From Felis catus (Eukaryota), in the NCBI RefSeq assembly GCF_018350175.1, contig NC_058368.1:122514001-122578000 (forward strand): 64,000 nt of DNA, given 5' to 3'. The stretch's first letter is position 1. Each line of letters begins with the position of its first letter. Both the position numbers and the translations under genes were made by a program. A model generated the notes under the pieces. It was not told where the DNA came from and did no database searches. It saw only the letters and a program-made list of their open reading frames with translations. Positions 1 to 14,130 of this stretch are shown piece by piece.

Positions 1-180
1 TTTTCGTCTTGGCCCTCAAACATGGCTTCATCTTATTTCTAACATCAAGCCATCCTATTCTCTCTCCTTTGACTTCTTTCTCCTCCTCATTTTCTTGTCA
101 ACTTGGTGATTGTAGATTATGAGAAAGGTCTAGAAATAAATTAATCTTCAAGTTTACGTGCCCTTAGAAACTACTCTTGT

Positions 181-365
181 GGGGCGCCTGAGTGGTTTAG
201 TCGGTTAAGCGTCCACCTCTGGATTTTGGTCGTGATCTCATGGTCATGAGATCAAGCCTTGTGTCAGGCTCCATACTGAGCATGAAGCCTGCTTGGGATT
301 CTCTGTCTCTCTTCCTCTGTCCACCCCCCCCCCCTCTAAAATAAAGAAAATTAAATTTAAAAAAA
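181..365 (+). mobile_element. Can-SINE
   Basis: ggggcgcctg head, (CT)n tract, A-tail, degenerate TSD agaaactac...tgt. Confidence 0.9.
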
Positions 366-2339
366 AGAAACTACCTTTGTGAAAGTATAATTGTATAATA
401 TTGTAGTTAAGAGTGTGGATTCCAGAGCCAAATTGCCTAAGTTCAAAACCTAGTTCACCCCCTGACTAGCTCTGAGAAATTTCAAAAGACTGTCTAAACT
501 TTCTCTGAATCTTAGTTCTTTGAGGAACCAAAAGAGTAATTAATTCTTAGAGCCGCTGTAAAAACAAACGAGCATACTATTTATAATTTGCTCGATTGCT
601 GTGCCTGCCAGAAGAAAATCACTCAGATGTTAAATATTAACATAATTCCATGAGGTAATAGTGGCTTTCTCCCCTAAAGAAGGAAACTTAGGCCTTAGCA
701 TCTTGTTTTATGTGACTGTGTCTGTATTAGATGGTCAGTGAAGCTGGGCATTTACCTGTCTTTACTAAAGAATTCTTTTGATTTCGGAAGAGATATGCCA
801 AATCTTCTGTGCGTCTACTTGTTATGTCTTGTGTTTAAACAGTTTTGTTCAGCCCTAGTTCTCAGGCAACACTTTCAATGGTCTATTCTGCTTTTTCCTT
901 CTGTGCACAGGAGGCTAAGACCATTTATCAGGGCATTTTACTGTTGGTAAGGCTGGGGCTCTGTTGCTTAGGGGAGTAGGAGTGGCCATCTCAGTGGGCC
1001 TGAGGGACCATCCAAATCTACACCTAGTACCTAGTGTACTGACCCTTCCATTCATAAGTTTTGGGGTTTCAACAATGACTTAGGAGGACTTTTTGTCTTA
1101 ATTTCTCATCCTGAACTCACCTGGAGAATAACCACAGTTAGTAAGAGAAACAGTATTTTGGAAGGGAGTGGATATGTGAATGGGATAGAAGCAAACAAGA
1201 GAGCTATTTCCAAAACACTGCCCTGGGGATCCCTTTCTGAAGAAAATAATTTTTTAAGGTTATTCGCTGTTTACTCAGATTCTGAAAACCTAAGGCTTTC
1301 AGGCATTGCTTGGGGACCGTAATTAACCACTCTTAAATGAACACATTCCTGGTAACTCCCACCCCCCAGCTCATTTTGTAGAGCTCCTCTTGTGAGAATC
1401 AGCTGACCCACAAATCGATGCCTGCCTTTTTGAGTGTCTTCTGGTGTGATTTTCCACGTCTCATATATGAAGCCCTCAATTTGTCCTCTGCATCCACAGT
1501 TACAGAATGGCACCCCTGATGGGCCATCACATGCACCTTTTGCACTGGGATTTTAGCAGCCGTGGCTGCTGACCGTCTGTCTCTGACATTCCTTCGATGC
1601 CTGTTCCTCCAAGCGAGCTGTGTGTCACATCACACTGCTTACATTTTAATTCAGCACCCGTCAGTGACAGGCAGAAACTCTGTTCTATTCTTCCTGATCC
1701 ATACTGGTTCATATTCATCAGAAAAGACCGATTTAAAGGAACTAAATCCTTTTGTAAAATGGATAATCTTTCCACCACATCAGTGAACATTCAGAATTTG
1801 AGTGAAAAAATGTTTTTAATTTAGAACATACCTGTTACTGTCTCCCCCCGCCCTCCCCCCCACACACATGTCTCATTCGCTGTCTCAGAGCCCAAGCTTG
1901 GCATTAGATCTTGGATGGCTCATCATCAATTGTCCTGATACATATTTTCATATCCTACCAACTGAAGTACCCCATCCAGTTCTATCAATTCCATGGTGTC
2001 TAAATTTTTGTGTTTGTCTTAAATTATTCAGGAAATAAATGCTACATCCAGAGGAGCGATAATGTCTGCCTGGCATAGCTGAGAAAACGACAATTATGGC
2101 ATCATCTATAATTTAGTTTCCTTAATATCCTCCCTAGTCCCAGGGAACAGAGAAAAGCAAAAACTCACTCGGGGGGTATGAAGAACTAAGCCTACTGCTT
2201 GAACAGCTTCATCCTTGCAGAGTCCCAAAATGGGCCTAAATATCAAGTGGGTAGCATCTTTTTAAGAAAAAGATGTTTGTTATATTTGTATTTAATGCAT
2301 TATAATTATATGTAATGTATAAATTTACATAGAAGTGTA

Positions 2340-2568
2340 TTTATATATTCATAAACATATAATACAATGTATTGTAACATATATATGTTATATATATGTG
2401 TGTATATATATTATATATACACATATATATGTATATATGTATATATACACATATATATTATATTATATATAATATACTTATCCTAATATACATTATATGC
2501 TCATTATATAATATACATTATGTATTTTTATAAATATCTATATCAATCTATATATATGGAGAGAGAGA
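2340..2568. repeat. AT-rich (TA)n low-complexity tract (similar tracts at 13140-13280 and 33560-33820)
   Basis: Direct reading. Confidence 0.9.
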
Positions 2569-2987
2569 ATCATAGCACCCTATATTCAAATTCATTAGGT
2601 CTCAAATAATCAAATTCGTTAAGTCTCTGGTAGTGCCTAAGGATATGCATTTTTAACAAGAACCCCAGGATGATGTGACACACATACTTTCAGTATCTTC
2701 GGGTGGCAGACATGTTTGAAAGTTGGGGAACACCAGCTGACCGGTTATGATGTCCTGGAGACCTGTGTTGAGACAGATCCCCAGGCGGAACACAGGCACA
2801 GTGAGAAAAACGTGTAAGTCAAGACAATAATGACAGCTGGAGCAAATGACTCATTACTATCATTTTAGATTTGTAATACGATCCTCTGTCTCAAGGTACA
2901 GAGGTGAGAAGACCAGGCAAAACTGCTTTTCTAGGGGCACCCAATCAGGACCTTCTGAGTCCTGTACCTGAAAATCTTCACCCTAAA

Positions 2988-3190
2988 GTAGCGGTTGTAA
3001 CTGGGGATGGTTTAGCTCTACTTCCTGTCCCCATAGAGGACACGTGGCAGTGTCTGGAGACGTTTTTGATTGTCAGGATTCCAGCCAGGAGTGGGAAGTG
3101 CTGTTGGCATCCATAGTGAACTTCCTGCAATGCTTAGGACAGTCCTCACAGCAAAGAATTACCAGGTCCAAGAGATTGAGAAACTCTGAG
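2988..3190 (+). mobile_element. MER20-like hAT DNA transposon relic
   Basis: gtgtctggagacgtttttgattgtca...cacagcaaagaattacc...ttgagaaactctg resembles MER20 from memory. Confidence 0.7.
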
Positions 3191-3663
3191 TAAGGTCCTG
3201 GGCTTATGGTCCCTCATTCCCAAGGCAATTCCCACGTCCCTCAACCAGTGGGCACCTGAGCCTTCCCCTGTGAGTCAGCACTTAGATGCATTTCCACAGC
3301 ACAGTCGAAACCCGGCAGAGAGACCACCAGGTATGGCAGCATTCTGGGCCTGACCCTGTGGCTTCGGGCCAGTGTCCATGGGCTCTGTGGAGTTCTGCTT
3401 GCGTTGTTTGGCTAAGACCACCAGGCTCCACGTTCCAGGAGATCCTGGCCCTCAGACAATTTCTCCCCACCCTTCCTTGTGCACCGTGGCAGGGAAGCAA
3501 ACTCTGAGCCAACCGGGAAGTGGTTGTTTTAGTGTATCCAGCTCTTTGGCCTTGTGATAAAGCACAAGACGTTTTGGGGAGATTTGTAACCCAATAAAGG
3601 GGGCCTGGACAAACTTCTTGATTCTAATCCCAGCTCTGCTACTTCTGAGCCCTGTGAAATTAA

Positions 3664-3863
3664 TTTTTTTAATGTTTTTATTTATTTTTGAGACAGAGAG
3701 AGACAGAACATGAGTTCTGAGGGACAGAGAGAGAGGGAGACACAGAGACTCCAGGCTCCGAGCTGTCAGCACAGAGCCCGACGTGGAGCTGGAACTCAAA
3801 GACTGTGAGGTCATGACCTGAGCCGAAGTTGGGCGCTCAACCAACTGAGCCACCCAGGCGCCC
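3664..3863 (-). mobile_element. Can-SINE (SINEC_Fc type)
   Basis: Reverse-strand gggcgcctgggtggctcag head, poly-T on +, TSD containing tgaaattaa. Confidence 0.92.
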
Positions 3864-4084
3864 TGAAATTAACTGAGCCCTGTGAAATTAACCACAAACA
3901 ACTTTTCCATTAAATAGGGACTATTTCACTAGGCTGCCCTGTTTGAACAATGACCATTAATCAAATAAATGTAAATACTACTGAAAAATAAAATTCAACA
4001 TTCCTTCAACCAAATTCAAAAGAAATATATAACACGTACTTACCGGGTCAGGATCTTCTACGAAGCCAGGTCCTGTTCTAAAAG

Positions 4085-4278
4085 AGTGCTCTCACAACTT
4101 ATTGAGTATCAGAATCACTTGGGAGGCTTGTTCAGACTCTGGGCTCCATCCTCAGTTTCTAATTCAGTAGGCTGTGGGCACAGGGGGAGGGGGGTCGTGC
4201 TCCAGAATTTGCATTTCTAACACGTTTCCAGGTGTTGCTGTTGATGCTGGTCTGAGGACCACACTTTCAGAACCATGA
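4085..4278. mobile_element. MER5A-like hAT relic
   Basis: atcagaatcacttggga...gcatttctaaca...ggaccacacttt. Confidence 0.75.
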
Positions 4279-4881
4279 GGCTCCAAAACAGCCTCTACCT
4301 TTTTTTTTTCCACATGAGATGGATAATCTCAGGATTGGAGCTGGTTTAGGACATCCACTCAGATTAGAGGATCACATGCCTGGCTGCTCCTCTGAACCAC
4401 CTGTGGAGTTTCTGGTTGTTTTTCACTCAGATTCCTGGCTTTCCTACCATCCCACTGCTAACAGAGTATCCACAGAGTGAGGTCCAGATGTATGCGTTTG
4501 CCAAAATGGCACTGAAGTTTCTGATCATGAGAAACGGCAACACTTGAACACTTTCTTCTTCCCAAATGCTGGCTGGCCTAAGTCTGCCCCAGTATTATTT
4601 TATCTGATTTCCCCAGTACACTCGTGAGAAAATCCCTGTTATCATTCCAGCTTTACAGAGAAGGTGTCACCTTTTTAAGGTAATACGGCTAGTTAGTGGT
4701 AGAACGTGGACTTGAAACCAGGCATTCTGACTCCACAGAACAAGCTCGTAACTACCATGTCTCCAGGCTGACCTGATCTGGATCAATGAGCCCCGTGCAC
4801 ATGACCCGTGGGAAGAAAGAAAGAACCAAACAGAGACAATTTAGGCAGTGATAGAAGACCTACCAGAATTGTTTGTTAGTA

Positions 4882-5073
4882 GGGGTGCCTAGGTGGCTCA
4901 GTCGGTTAGGCATGTGACTTTGGCTCAGGTTATGACCTCCTGGTTCTTGAGCTCGAGCCCCACGTCAGGTTCTGTGCTGACAGCCTGGAGCCTCCCGTGG
5001 ATTCTGTGTCCCCCTCTCTCTGACCCTCCCGCACTCACATTCTCTCTCTCAAAAATAATAAAAATTTAAAAAA
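4882..5073 (+). mobile_element. Can-SINE
   Basis: ggggtgcctaggtggctcagtcgg head, CT tract, A-tail. Confidence 0.9.
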
Positions 5074-6375
5074 ATCATCTGTTGGTACTATTCAGGCAAG
5101 AATACGTTCACTTTCAGCTAGACACATGCTATTCTTACTTTATTAAAATGTCATCACACAAGCGACACAAAACACCATTTTGCACAAAACAAAACCCCAG
5201 CAAGAAAGGCAGTGAGATTTGTCTTTAGCAGAGGCTGGGTGCTATGAGGGAGCAGATCGAGAAGTTCGGCAGTGGGGAGTGTGGACCGTGAGTCGTGGAA
5301 ACAGGAGCAGATGACATCTTCTCCGATTACAGCCAGGTCGCATCACAACCACAGAGCATGTAAATGGAAATGCCAACACTTCAAGGTCCTCCAAAAGCAT
5401 GTGAATTTTGTGCCAACAGCTAACATAACGGGCTTATTGGCCTGAGCTTCTGCTACTGCCCTCTTCCTCCTTGCAGCTGGAAATGCAGGGACCCTAACAC
5501 TCTCTGCAGAGTGTGCTGATGGCAGGGATGAAGTGTTAGACTCCCACTCTGTGGCCATGAGTGTCAGAGCTGGGAGAGACTCTAGAGATGATTAGTCCAC
5601 TCTTTTCTTTTTTCTTTTCTTTTTCTTTTCTTTTCTTTTTCCTTCTCTTTTCTTTTGTTTTTCAAAAAGAAACTCGAGTTCAGCATAGGGAAGGGACTCG
5701 GGAGTCTTTCATGTATTAAGGGCAGAGTTCAGGGCAGAAATCAGGTCTCTTGGCTCCCAGCCTAGGGCTCATGATACAGCCTCTTTATGAATAAAACTTG
5801 GCTTTTTTTGCCCCTGCCTTCGCCCCCAAACATTTTGTTGGGAGCGGAGAGAGGACAACCTAAACTATCACACAAAAATGCTAATAATATTTCAGAAAAA
5901 TGAGGAGGGAAAAGGACTCTTTCTTGGCAAAAATAAATAAATAAATACATGTGTCCATGTTCGCGTCAGCTTTATAGTGACGATATTTAGCTCTGGAAAA
6001 AAAAATCCCATAGGAGACACTTGGAAAATGCTTGGAAATTCGATACTTAGAATAGCTTTTGGCTGCCTCCCTCTTGATGCTCTCAGGTGATACCAACTTA
6101 AAACGTTGCCAACAAAACGTTGTAAGTGGGACTACCAGAGTGTGAGCTCTTAAACACCTAGGGTAGAGAGATTGAGCTGCAGACTACCATCAGATCCTCA
6201 GTTTGGCTTATGTGTTCTGGCCGCCGGAGAGTTGCTGGCTGAAGACCCTGCTGGTCTTGAGGACAGAATAATTGTGCCACTACTGCCTGTACCCAATGGC
6301 AACAGGCGTGTAAGAACTGACAGACCAAGCTTCCAGAGGCTCTCAGGGAGAAGCGTGGTTGCGGCACTGAGTTGA

Positions 6376-6582
<207 letters not shown>

Positions 6583-9367
6583 TAATCCGTAGGCATTTGC
6601 AGCTGGAAATGCCAAGTACCTCTCTGACTTTACCGGGGAAGCTTCTGATTTCCCAGGTCGGAGATGAGCCTCAGGATTTTCCATTTAGCAAGCACCCAAT
6701 CTGATCTTGATTCGGGAGGGCCAGTGATGACACTTCGAAAGACTGTTTTATGAGTTATTTAGGACAGCTTCTACCCACTTCCTAACAAAGAATAGTAGTG
6801 GATTGAATAAATGTCTACTAATTGCCTCTATGTGCTTAGCAGGGTATCAGGTACAGGTGACTCTGCAATGAGCAAAACACACAAGATCTCCAGCTCATAG
6901 AGCTTACTTTCTAGTGAGAAGAGTTTCAACAAATAGAATCAAATAGAAGTTAAATGCAGTAACAAATCAGATGGTAATAAGTGACGTAAGTATTACTCTA
7001 CCCGTCATTTGCATATCCCTACATTACATACATAGGGCTGTAAAGTTCACACAGTGCCTCCCACTTGCTATTTTGCTTTTAGTTTTAACACCACGACAAA
7101 CCCATGAGTTCTCCTTTTGAAAGATGGAGAACTGGATTTTTCCTGAAGATTCAAAATATACCCAGAGGGAGACTAAAAGGCTAAGGTTAGGTGCCAAAAT
7201 TGTCAACAAGGTCTCACATTTAATTATGTTAACACTCACAAATTACTGCACATTGTAAGTGCTGTTGTTGGAGATGGCATCTGTGTGTAGACACCAATCT
7301 GGCTGAATTAGCCCTGTCTCTCCCCTCCACCCCCAGAGATGTAAAGACAGAACTATGGCCCTTTCCCCAAAAGTGTTCAGCAAGAGGGACTTTTCCCTTC
7401 TTCCCACTATTCCCAAGACAGGTGAGACAGACCTCAAGAGAATTGTCGGTAACGTCTGTGTGCAGCTGTGAGAATAGTGACCTGGTTTTCCAGTCTTAGT
7501 CAATGTCTGGTTCATCACTGCACTTGCTGACTGTTCCTGGTACTAATGGAGCCTGAGCTATCCCTGGAGGGTTGATAAGTTTGGAGTTCAGTCTTCCTGG
7601 GGACCATAACATCAGGAGACAGATAGGTAGCAGTGTGTGAGTGTGTGTTGGGGTGAGGGATATGGATTAGCCACAGGATGGGATCCAGTAGACTGGAGGG
7701 AGGGAGGTTCCGGTCAGCGTGGCTTACTAGAAACACCACCAGTTCTAGTAGTGCTCAACTATACCAGAATCTTGGAGGTGACACCCAAGGGTAGGGTCAT
7801 TTAAAAGCTCTTCAGGTAATGCTGCCGTGTAGCCAGACTTGAGAGGCTCTGTCACGGATCGTGAGCCAGGTCGGCTACTAGAAGCAACTAAAGAGAGATC
7901 ACCCTGGGGCAGGGACACAGCATTTGTGTTAGGATTGCTGTGCCTCCAGTATCCTTCTTCCATGTCCTAAAATAAATGGTACTTTCTGGGAAAAGGGAGA
8001 AGGGATATGAGAGACAGATTGGCTGTCTCCACATCAGGATGGCTGAATCCAGCTGCGTGACATGGGGAGGCTCTGGATCAGATACATTAGTCTTTAAATT
8101 CGTAGGACGGCATTTTAAAGTATCTGAAGTAGATGTTTTAATAAGCAAACAGAATTTAAATGTTTTAAGCCACAGACTGCACTATCTTTGAGGGAGCCCC
8201 CTACCCAACAAAAATGGGAAGATAGACACTGCATAGTTCTTGGCAACTGATAAAAGGATAAACACTATTTATGCTTCTACCCTAATTAGTTGAGATGCTT
8301 AGAACAGATGATGCCCCTGGTTAAACCAGTGGAATTAGGAGGTAGAACGAACTGTACTGACTAGATATGGTCAGAGTAATTTATGAGCAAAAAATCTGAA
8401 CTTGAAATCAAGGGTAAGAGCAAAGCCACTTCTTTTAATATCTCATTCTCTTCCTCATGTAACTAGAGAGAGGAAAAGAAAACCCCCACATGCAGGGCCA
8501 CCTCACTTTCCAAGAGAAAGAAATCCTCTATGGGAAAAAATGAGTCTTCTTTTAGATGATATTTGAACAACTAGAAATGTCCTGGCTTCCTATTACCAGT
8601 GGGGGGAATAAATCTCCTTTGTCACTTCTAAAATAATGGACACATATAATTCAGCCTATTTTCTGCTTAAAACCCACAGTACTCAGATGATAAAAGGGAA
8701 TATCTGAGCCTGCTCGTCTGATGAATTTATTCTGCAGGTTTCCTGGGTTTCCATATTAAGGGCTATTTTCTTGGAGCCAAATCAGAATGTGCATCTGGGT
8801 TTTCTAGGCCTGGTTTCCATGGTGAGAGGAGTAAAGGGAGGCTACCCTTCATTTCTCTCCCCAGTGATTTTAAATACAATATCCGTATAATTTAATTCTC
8901 CTCAAATTTGGCATTTCGAGTCCTTTTACAACCCAGAGCTAGGAAATTGGAATGCATTCAAGGTTCTCTACGCCTCTCCACCTTCACCCTTATAATTAAC
9001 AACTACTAATATTTATTGAAAGCTTTCTATGGGCCAGACAATGTGTTAAACGTTTAACATTCATTTACTCATTTATTTTTTCTTGATGACTCTATGAGGC
9101 AGACTATAATTATCACCATTTTACAATGAGGAAATAAGAAGCTAAGTAATTTGCCCAATATCACATGGCTAATCATTAAAAAAAAAAAAAAAGCCTACAC
9201 TTAAAGTAAGCTCTGTCTGACTTTAGAAAGTCGAGCTTCTCCCTGAGAGAGAGAGATAAAGGGAGACATTATTTTTAGAAATTGTGGTCCTTAAAAGGTT
9301 GTAAGTCAATTTAGGGAAGCCAGACTCGTAGAAGTGTTTCCTGTATCATTAAAAATGAGAATCTGTT

Positions 9368-9813
9368 GGGGCGCCTGGGTGGCTCAGTCAGTTAAGCGTC
9401 TGACTTCAGCTCAGGTCATGATCTCACACCTTGTGAATTCGAGCCCCACAGCGGACTCTGTGCTGATAGCTCAGAGCCTGGAGCCTGCTTGGGATTCTGT
9501 GCCCCTCTCTTGCTCTGCCTCTTCCCTGCTCATGCTCTATCTCTCTCTGTCTCAAGAATAAATAAAACATTTAGGGATGCTTGGGTGGCTCAGTCGGTTA
9601 AGTGTCCAACTTCAGCTGAAGTCAGATATCCCTGATCTCAGGGTTCTTGAGTTTGAACCCTGAGTCGGGTTCTGTGCTGACAGCTCAGAGCCTGAAGCCT
9701 GCTTCAGATTCTGTGTCTCCCTCTCTCTCTGCCCTCCCCCTTTCATGCTTTGTCTCTCTCTCTCTCTCAAAAATAAAATAAACAATAAAAAAAAGAATAA
9801 AACATTAAAAAAA
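9368..9813 (+). mobile_element. Two nested Can-SINEs (second, 9574-9795, inserted in the A-tail of the first)
   Basis: Two SINE heads. Outer TSD aaaatgag(a/g)atctgt; inner TSD aataaaacatt (9561-9571, 9796-9806). Confidence 0.9.
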
Positions 9814-10448
9814 ATGAGGATCTGTCATCCCTTAACTCTTTATCCAAAGGTTGACCTTCCTTTGATTTTGGGGTAAGAGTCCTTCTAAGAGGTGTCATAG
9901 GTAGAAGTCTGCTTTGTCTTTTTGAAAACTATGTTCCAAATAATTTGGTAACAGACACGAGTACTCATTTTATAGTGCTCCTGTGGGAGCACAAAGGGGA
10001 GTAAATTGTACCCGTTTATAGTACTAATTAGCAGTTATAGAAAGAAAAAATATTCTAAGGAGAAAGAAAGAAAACTAGGATGAAATACTGATGATTATAG
10101 GAATATATGACATCTACTAGGAAGAGATGCTGGGCATCTTACTGGATACAGCAGTTTCCTGGCTCTGGAAAGGCGAGGATGAACAGTCGGACAGTTCTGA
10201 ACCACCTTCCCTTCAGAATCTTTTAGCTTCTTGTTCCCTTCCCTCCTTACTCACCCTCACTCCTACCTCTGTGTGAATATAACCCAGATCACTTACAGCT
10301 TAACCAATTAAAACATTCTTCTCTTTCCAGTTAAAAACAAAGCAAATTCACTATGGCAAATGTGTAAAATGCTGATAAGCAGAAGGCAGTTAAATTAATC
10401 CATCTACTTGTAGATATTTATGCTTTCCTTCCAGACCTTTTTATCTGT

Positions 10449-10450
<2 letters not shown>

Positions 10451-10496
<46 letters not shown>
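10451..10496. repeat. (AC)n microsatellite
   Basis: Perfect dinucleotide run. Confidence 0.98.
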
Positions 10497-10500
<4 letters not shown>

Positions 10501-11254
10501 TTCTTTATTAAAAGTTGGATCATACTGAATTTTGTACCCTAAATTTTCACTTTATAATGTGATAGCCATAGACAAAATGAGCATTTATGATGGCCCAAGC
10601 ACTTGCTAAGGTTTTAACATTTATTGTATCATTACATTCTCAAAGCAACCCTATGAAATAGGCTTACTATTATTCTGATTCCACAGATTAAAAAAAAATC
10701 AGGCCAGGTGAGAAAGTGACAAGAATGTATCACACATTAAGTAACAAAGTTAATGAAGCTAAACCCATGTCTAACAAATCTTGAGCCATGGCACTGATGG
10801 TGATAATGATGGTGAGGATGATTAAGATACAATATCTGACATTAACTGAGGTCTTCCTGTGTACCAAGCACTGTTCCAAGTGTGTGTATTACATTGTTTA
10901 AACTTCCATGAGGTCAATACTCCGGTTGTTTCCACTTGAAACATGCAAGCTGAGAAATTAAGCACTTTCTCAAGGTGGAGTTAGGGATACAACTGTAAGG
11001 CTCAGAGTCTCAACTCTACTATGCTGTGCAACCTCTCTGCCTCCATTCTATAAACCTGCCTCAGCCAGAAATGCAACTTGTTTCTCTCCAACTCCAGAAC
11101 CTGGTCTTCACGAATGATACTGCTTATTCTCCCATGCCCGTGTATATATAACTATCATTTTTAATGATCATGTGCTTCAGAATTAGAGGGCTGCATCATA
11201 TTTAACCAATTCCTCGTTATTGAATGTTGGGTTGTTTTTTATTTTGAAATATGA

Positions 11255-12493
11255 ATACTGACCCTTTATCAGATATGTCGTTTGTAAATATCTTCTCTCA
11301 TTCCATAGTTTTGTTGATTTGTTCCTTCACTATGCAGAAGCTTTTTATCTTGATAAAGTCACAATAGTTCATGTTTGCTTTTGTTCCCTTGCCTTCAATA
11401 ACATGCCTAGTAAGTTGCTCCAGCAGAGGTCAAAGAGGTTGCTGTCTGTGTTCTTCTCTAGGATTTTGGTGGTTTCCTGTCTCACATGTAGGTCTTTCAT
11501 CCACTTGAATTTATTTTCATGATTTGGTGTATGGTGTAAGAAAGTGGTCCAGTTTCATTCATCTGATAAAGGGTTAGTATCCAAAATCTATAAAGAATTT
11601 CTCAAACTCAACACCCAAAACACAAACAACCCAGGTAAGAAATGGGCAGAAGACATGAATAGACACTTTTCCAAAGAAGGCATCCAGATGGCTAACAGAC
11701 ACATGAAAAAATGCTCAACACCAATCATTATCAAGGAAATACAAATTAAAACCACAATGAGATACCACCTCACACCTGTCAGAATGGCTAAAATTAACAC
11801 AAGAGACAATAGGTGTTGGCAAGGATGTAGAGAAAGGGGAACCCTCTTGTACTGTTGGTGGGAATGCAAACTGGTGCAGCCACTCTGGAAAACATTATGG
11901 AGGTTCCTCAAAAAAGTTAAAAATAGAACTACCCTATGATTCAGCAATTGCACTATTAGGTATTTACACAAAGGATACAAAACTACAGATTCAAAAGGGT
12001 ACATTGTCATTATCAATAATAGCCAAGCTATGGAGAGAGCCCAAACTATTTGAGAGAGCCCAGATGTCCATCGACTGATAGATGAATAAAGAAGATGTGG
12101 TATACATATACAATGGAATATTACTTAGCCATCAAAAAGAATGAAATCTTGTAATTTGCAATGACATGGATGGAGCTAGAGGGTATTATGCTAAGTGAAA
12201 TGAGTCAGTCAGAATAAGACAAATACATATTCTTTCACTCATATATGGAATTTAAGAAACAAAACAGATGAACATACGGGAATGGAGGCAGGAGGAGAGA
12301 GAGGGAAACAAACCAGAAGTGACTCTTAAAGATACAGAACAAACTGAGGATTAATGGAGGGAGGCGGGTGAGGGAGGGGCTAGATGGTGGATGGGCATTA
12401 ATGAAGACACTTGTTGTGATAAGCACTTGGTGTTGAATGTAAACCTAAAACCAATATTGCACTGTATGCTAACTAAAATTTAAATTTAAAAAA
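11255..12493 (+). mobile_element. 5'-truncated L1 with 5' inversion (11255-11560 antisense, 11561-12493 sense)
   Basis: ORF2 C-terminal remnant ([14 protein letters not shown]...[13 protein letters not shown]), carnivore-type 3'UTR and A-rich end. The upstream part is antisense ORF2. Confidence 0.88.
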
Positions 12494-13719
12494 TACAAGT
12501 AAATTTGTAATAAAACTCCTATTAGCAGAAATAGGTCCTGTAGTTTGTTTATCTTTATGATAAATTACCACTCAAAGAATTCCTGGTCACTGGATATTTA
12601 TTTATGTGTTAATGTGTTTCCTCCTGAAAATTTACACTGATTTCTGTTCATTCATTCTGGAAGTGTCTGAGGATATTCACTTCCCTGCATTTTCAGCAGG
12701 GCTGAACAATGAATATCTTTAATCTTCCTGAAAAGATGATTTAAAATGATCCCTCATTATGATACTGATACTACACTTCTCTGACTTATTCTATAAATTG
12801 TCTGTGCATGCTCTTTGCTCATTTTCTATTAGGGTGTTAATATGTTTATCCTATCCTGATATTTCTTATTAATTATATAAAATATGTTATTAATTATATA
12901 ACAATTCTAGCCCCTTATATGTTCAGAATATTACAGGGTATCCCATGTGTTATAAATATGATATCCTAATTTTCCATTTACTATTATTATTATGACATTT
13001 TTCATATAAAGAACTATTTTCTAATATCATCATACCATTGGTCTTTTTTATAGTTTTTACCTTTGATGCTATTCTTAGTGGGACCTTCTTACCTCCAGAT
13101 TTTGGATATGATTACCTAATATTTTTATTATTGTTATATTTTCACTTATTCATTTATATTCACTTTATATTTATATATTTATATATATTTATATATATAT
13201 TATATATTTATATATTTAAATATATATTATATATTTATATATAAATATATATTATATTTATATATATTTATATATTTTAACTTATTCACTTGTATTTTTC
13301 CTTATTCCAGTTACATATAATCCTGACTAGAGATGTGTCATAAGGATCTGACTTTGGTTTTTGTTAGATCATTACATTAAATAATTGTTTTGAGACAACA
13401 TATCAAATAAGACCCTTTCATATTGATTTATAGTATGTTCATCTTGAACTAAGTATCCTTATATACTAGTGTCTACATTATGTGGTTTTCAAATCTTAAT
13501 TGTAGCTTTATAATAATATTGAATACATGAGATGCAGGTCTATGTCTTTGTTTTCAGAAAACCTTTATTATTCACAGATTTTTTTGGTAGATGAAATTTA
13601 GACTGTCTTTTGTAAGTTTCACTCATTATTTCTATTGCATTACATTTATGGATTAGGTTTTGGGCCCTTGCTTCTTCTTTATTTCTTGACCGAGAATCTA
13701 ATATCTAGGTGTTCTAAAA

Positions 13720-13895
13720 CCTGAAAACCAAATAATGAAAATCCAGATAGCAAATAGACACATTAAAATGTGTTCAGGCTTGTTAGTAGTCAGGACGTTG
13801 CCAATTTAAACCACAATGAAAGATCAGTACGCACTTAATAGACTAGCAGAATTCAAAAAGTCAGCTAACACCAAGTGTGGGTAAGGACGCTGAGA

Positions 13896-13927
<32 letters not shown>

Positions 13928-14130
13928 CCCTCTCATACACTGCTGGTCACGGTGTTAATTGGTACTACCACCGGGTTAAATATGTGAAGATGCGCGTCCT
14001 ATCCCCAGCATCTCCCCCTGCAGGAATGTACCCTACAGATGTGTGGACTTTAAGGAGTCTTACACGTATAGGAATGTTCATGGCAGCGTTGTTTGTAACA
14101 CTCCCAAGTTGAAAACACCCAGATGTTAGG
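13720..14130 (+). mobile_element. Old L1 (L1M-type) 3' fragment
   Basis: Degenerate ORF2-end motifs (accacaatga, ctcatacactgctggt, gttcatggcagcgttgtttgtaa). Confidence 0.6.

Noticed and set aside
3452..3853. Recurring 'AQSVKRPTSAQVMIS...' ORFs (also at 9334, 43809, 50073, 54317, 58901)
   Set aside because: Translations of Can-SINE sequence, not a protein family.
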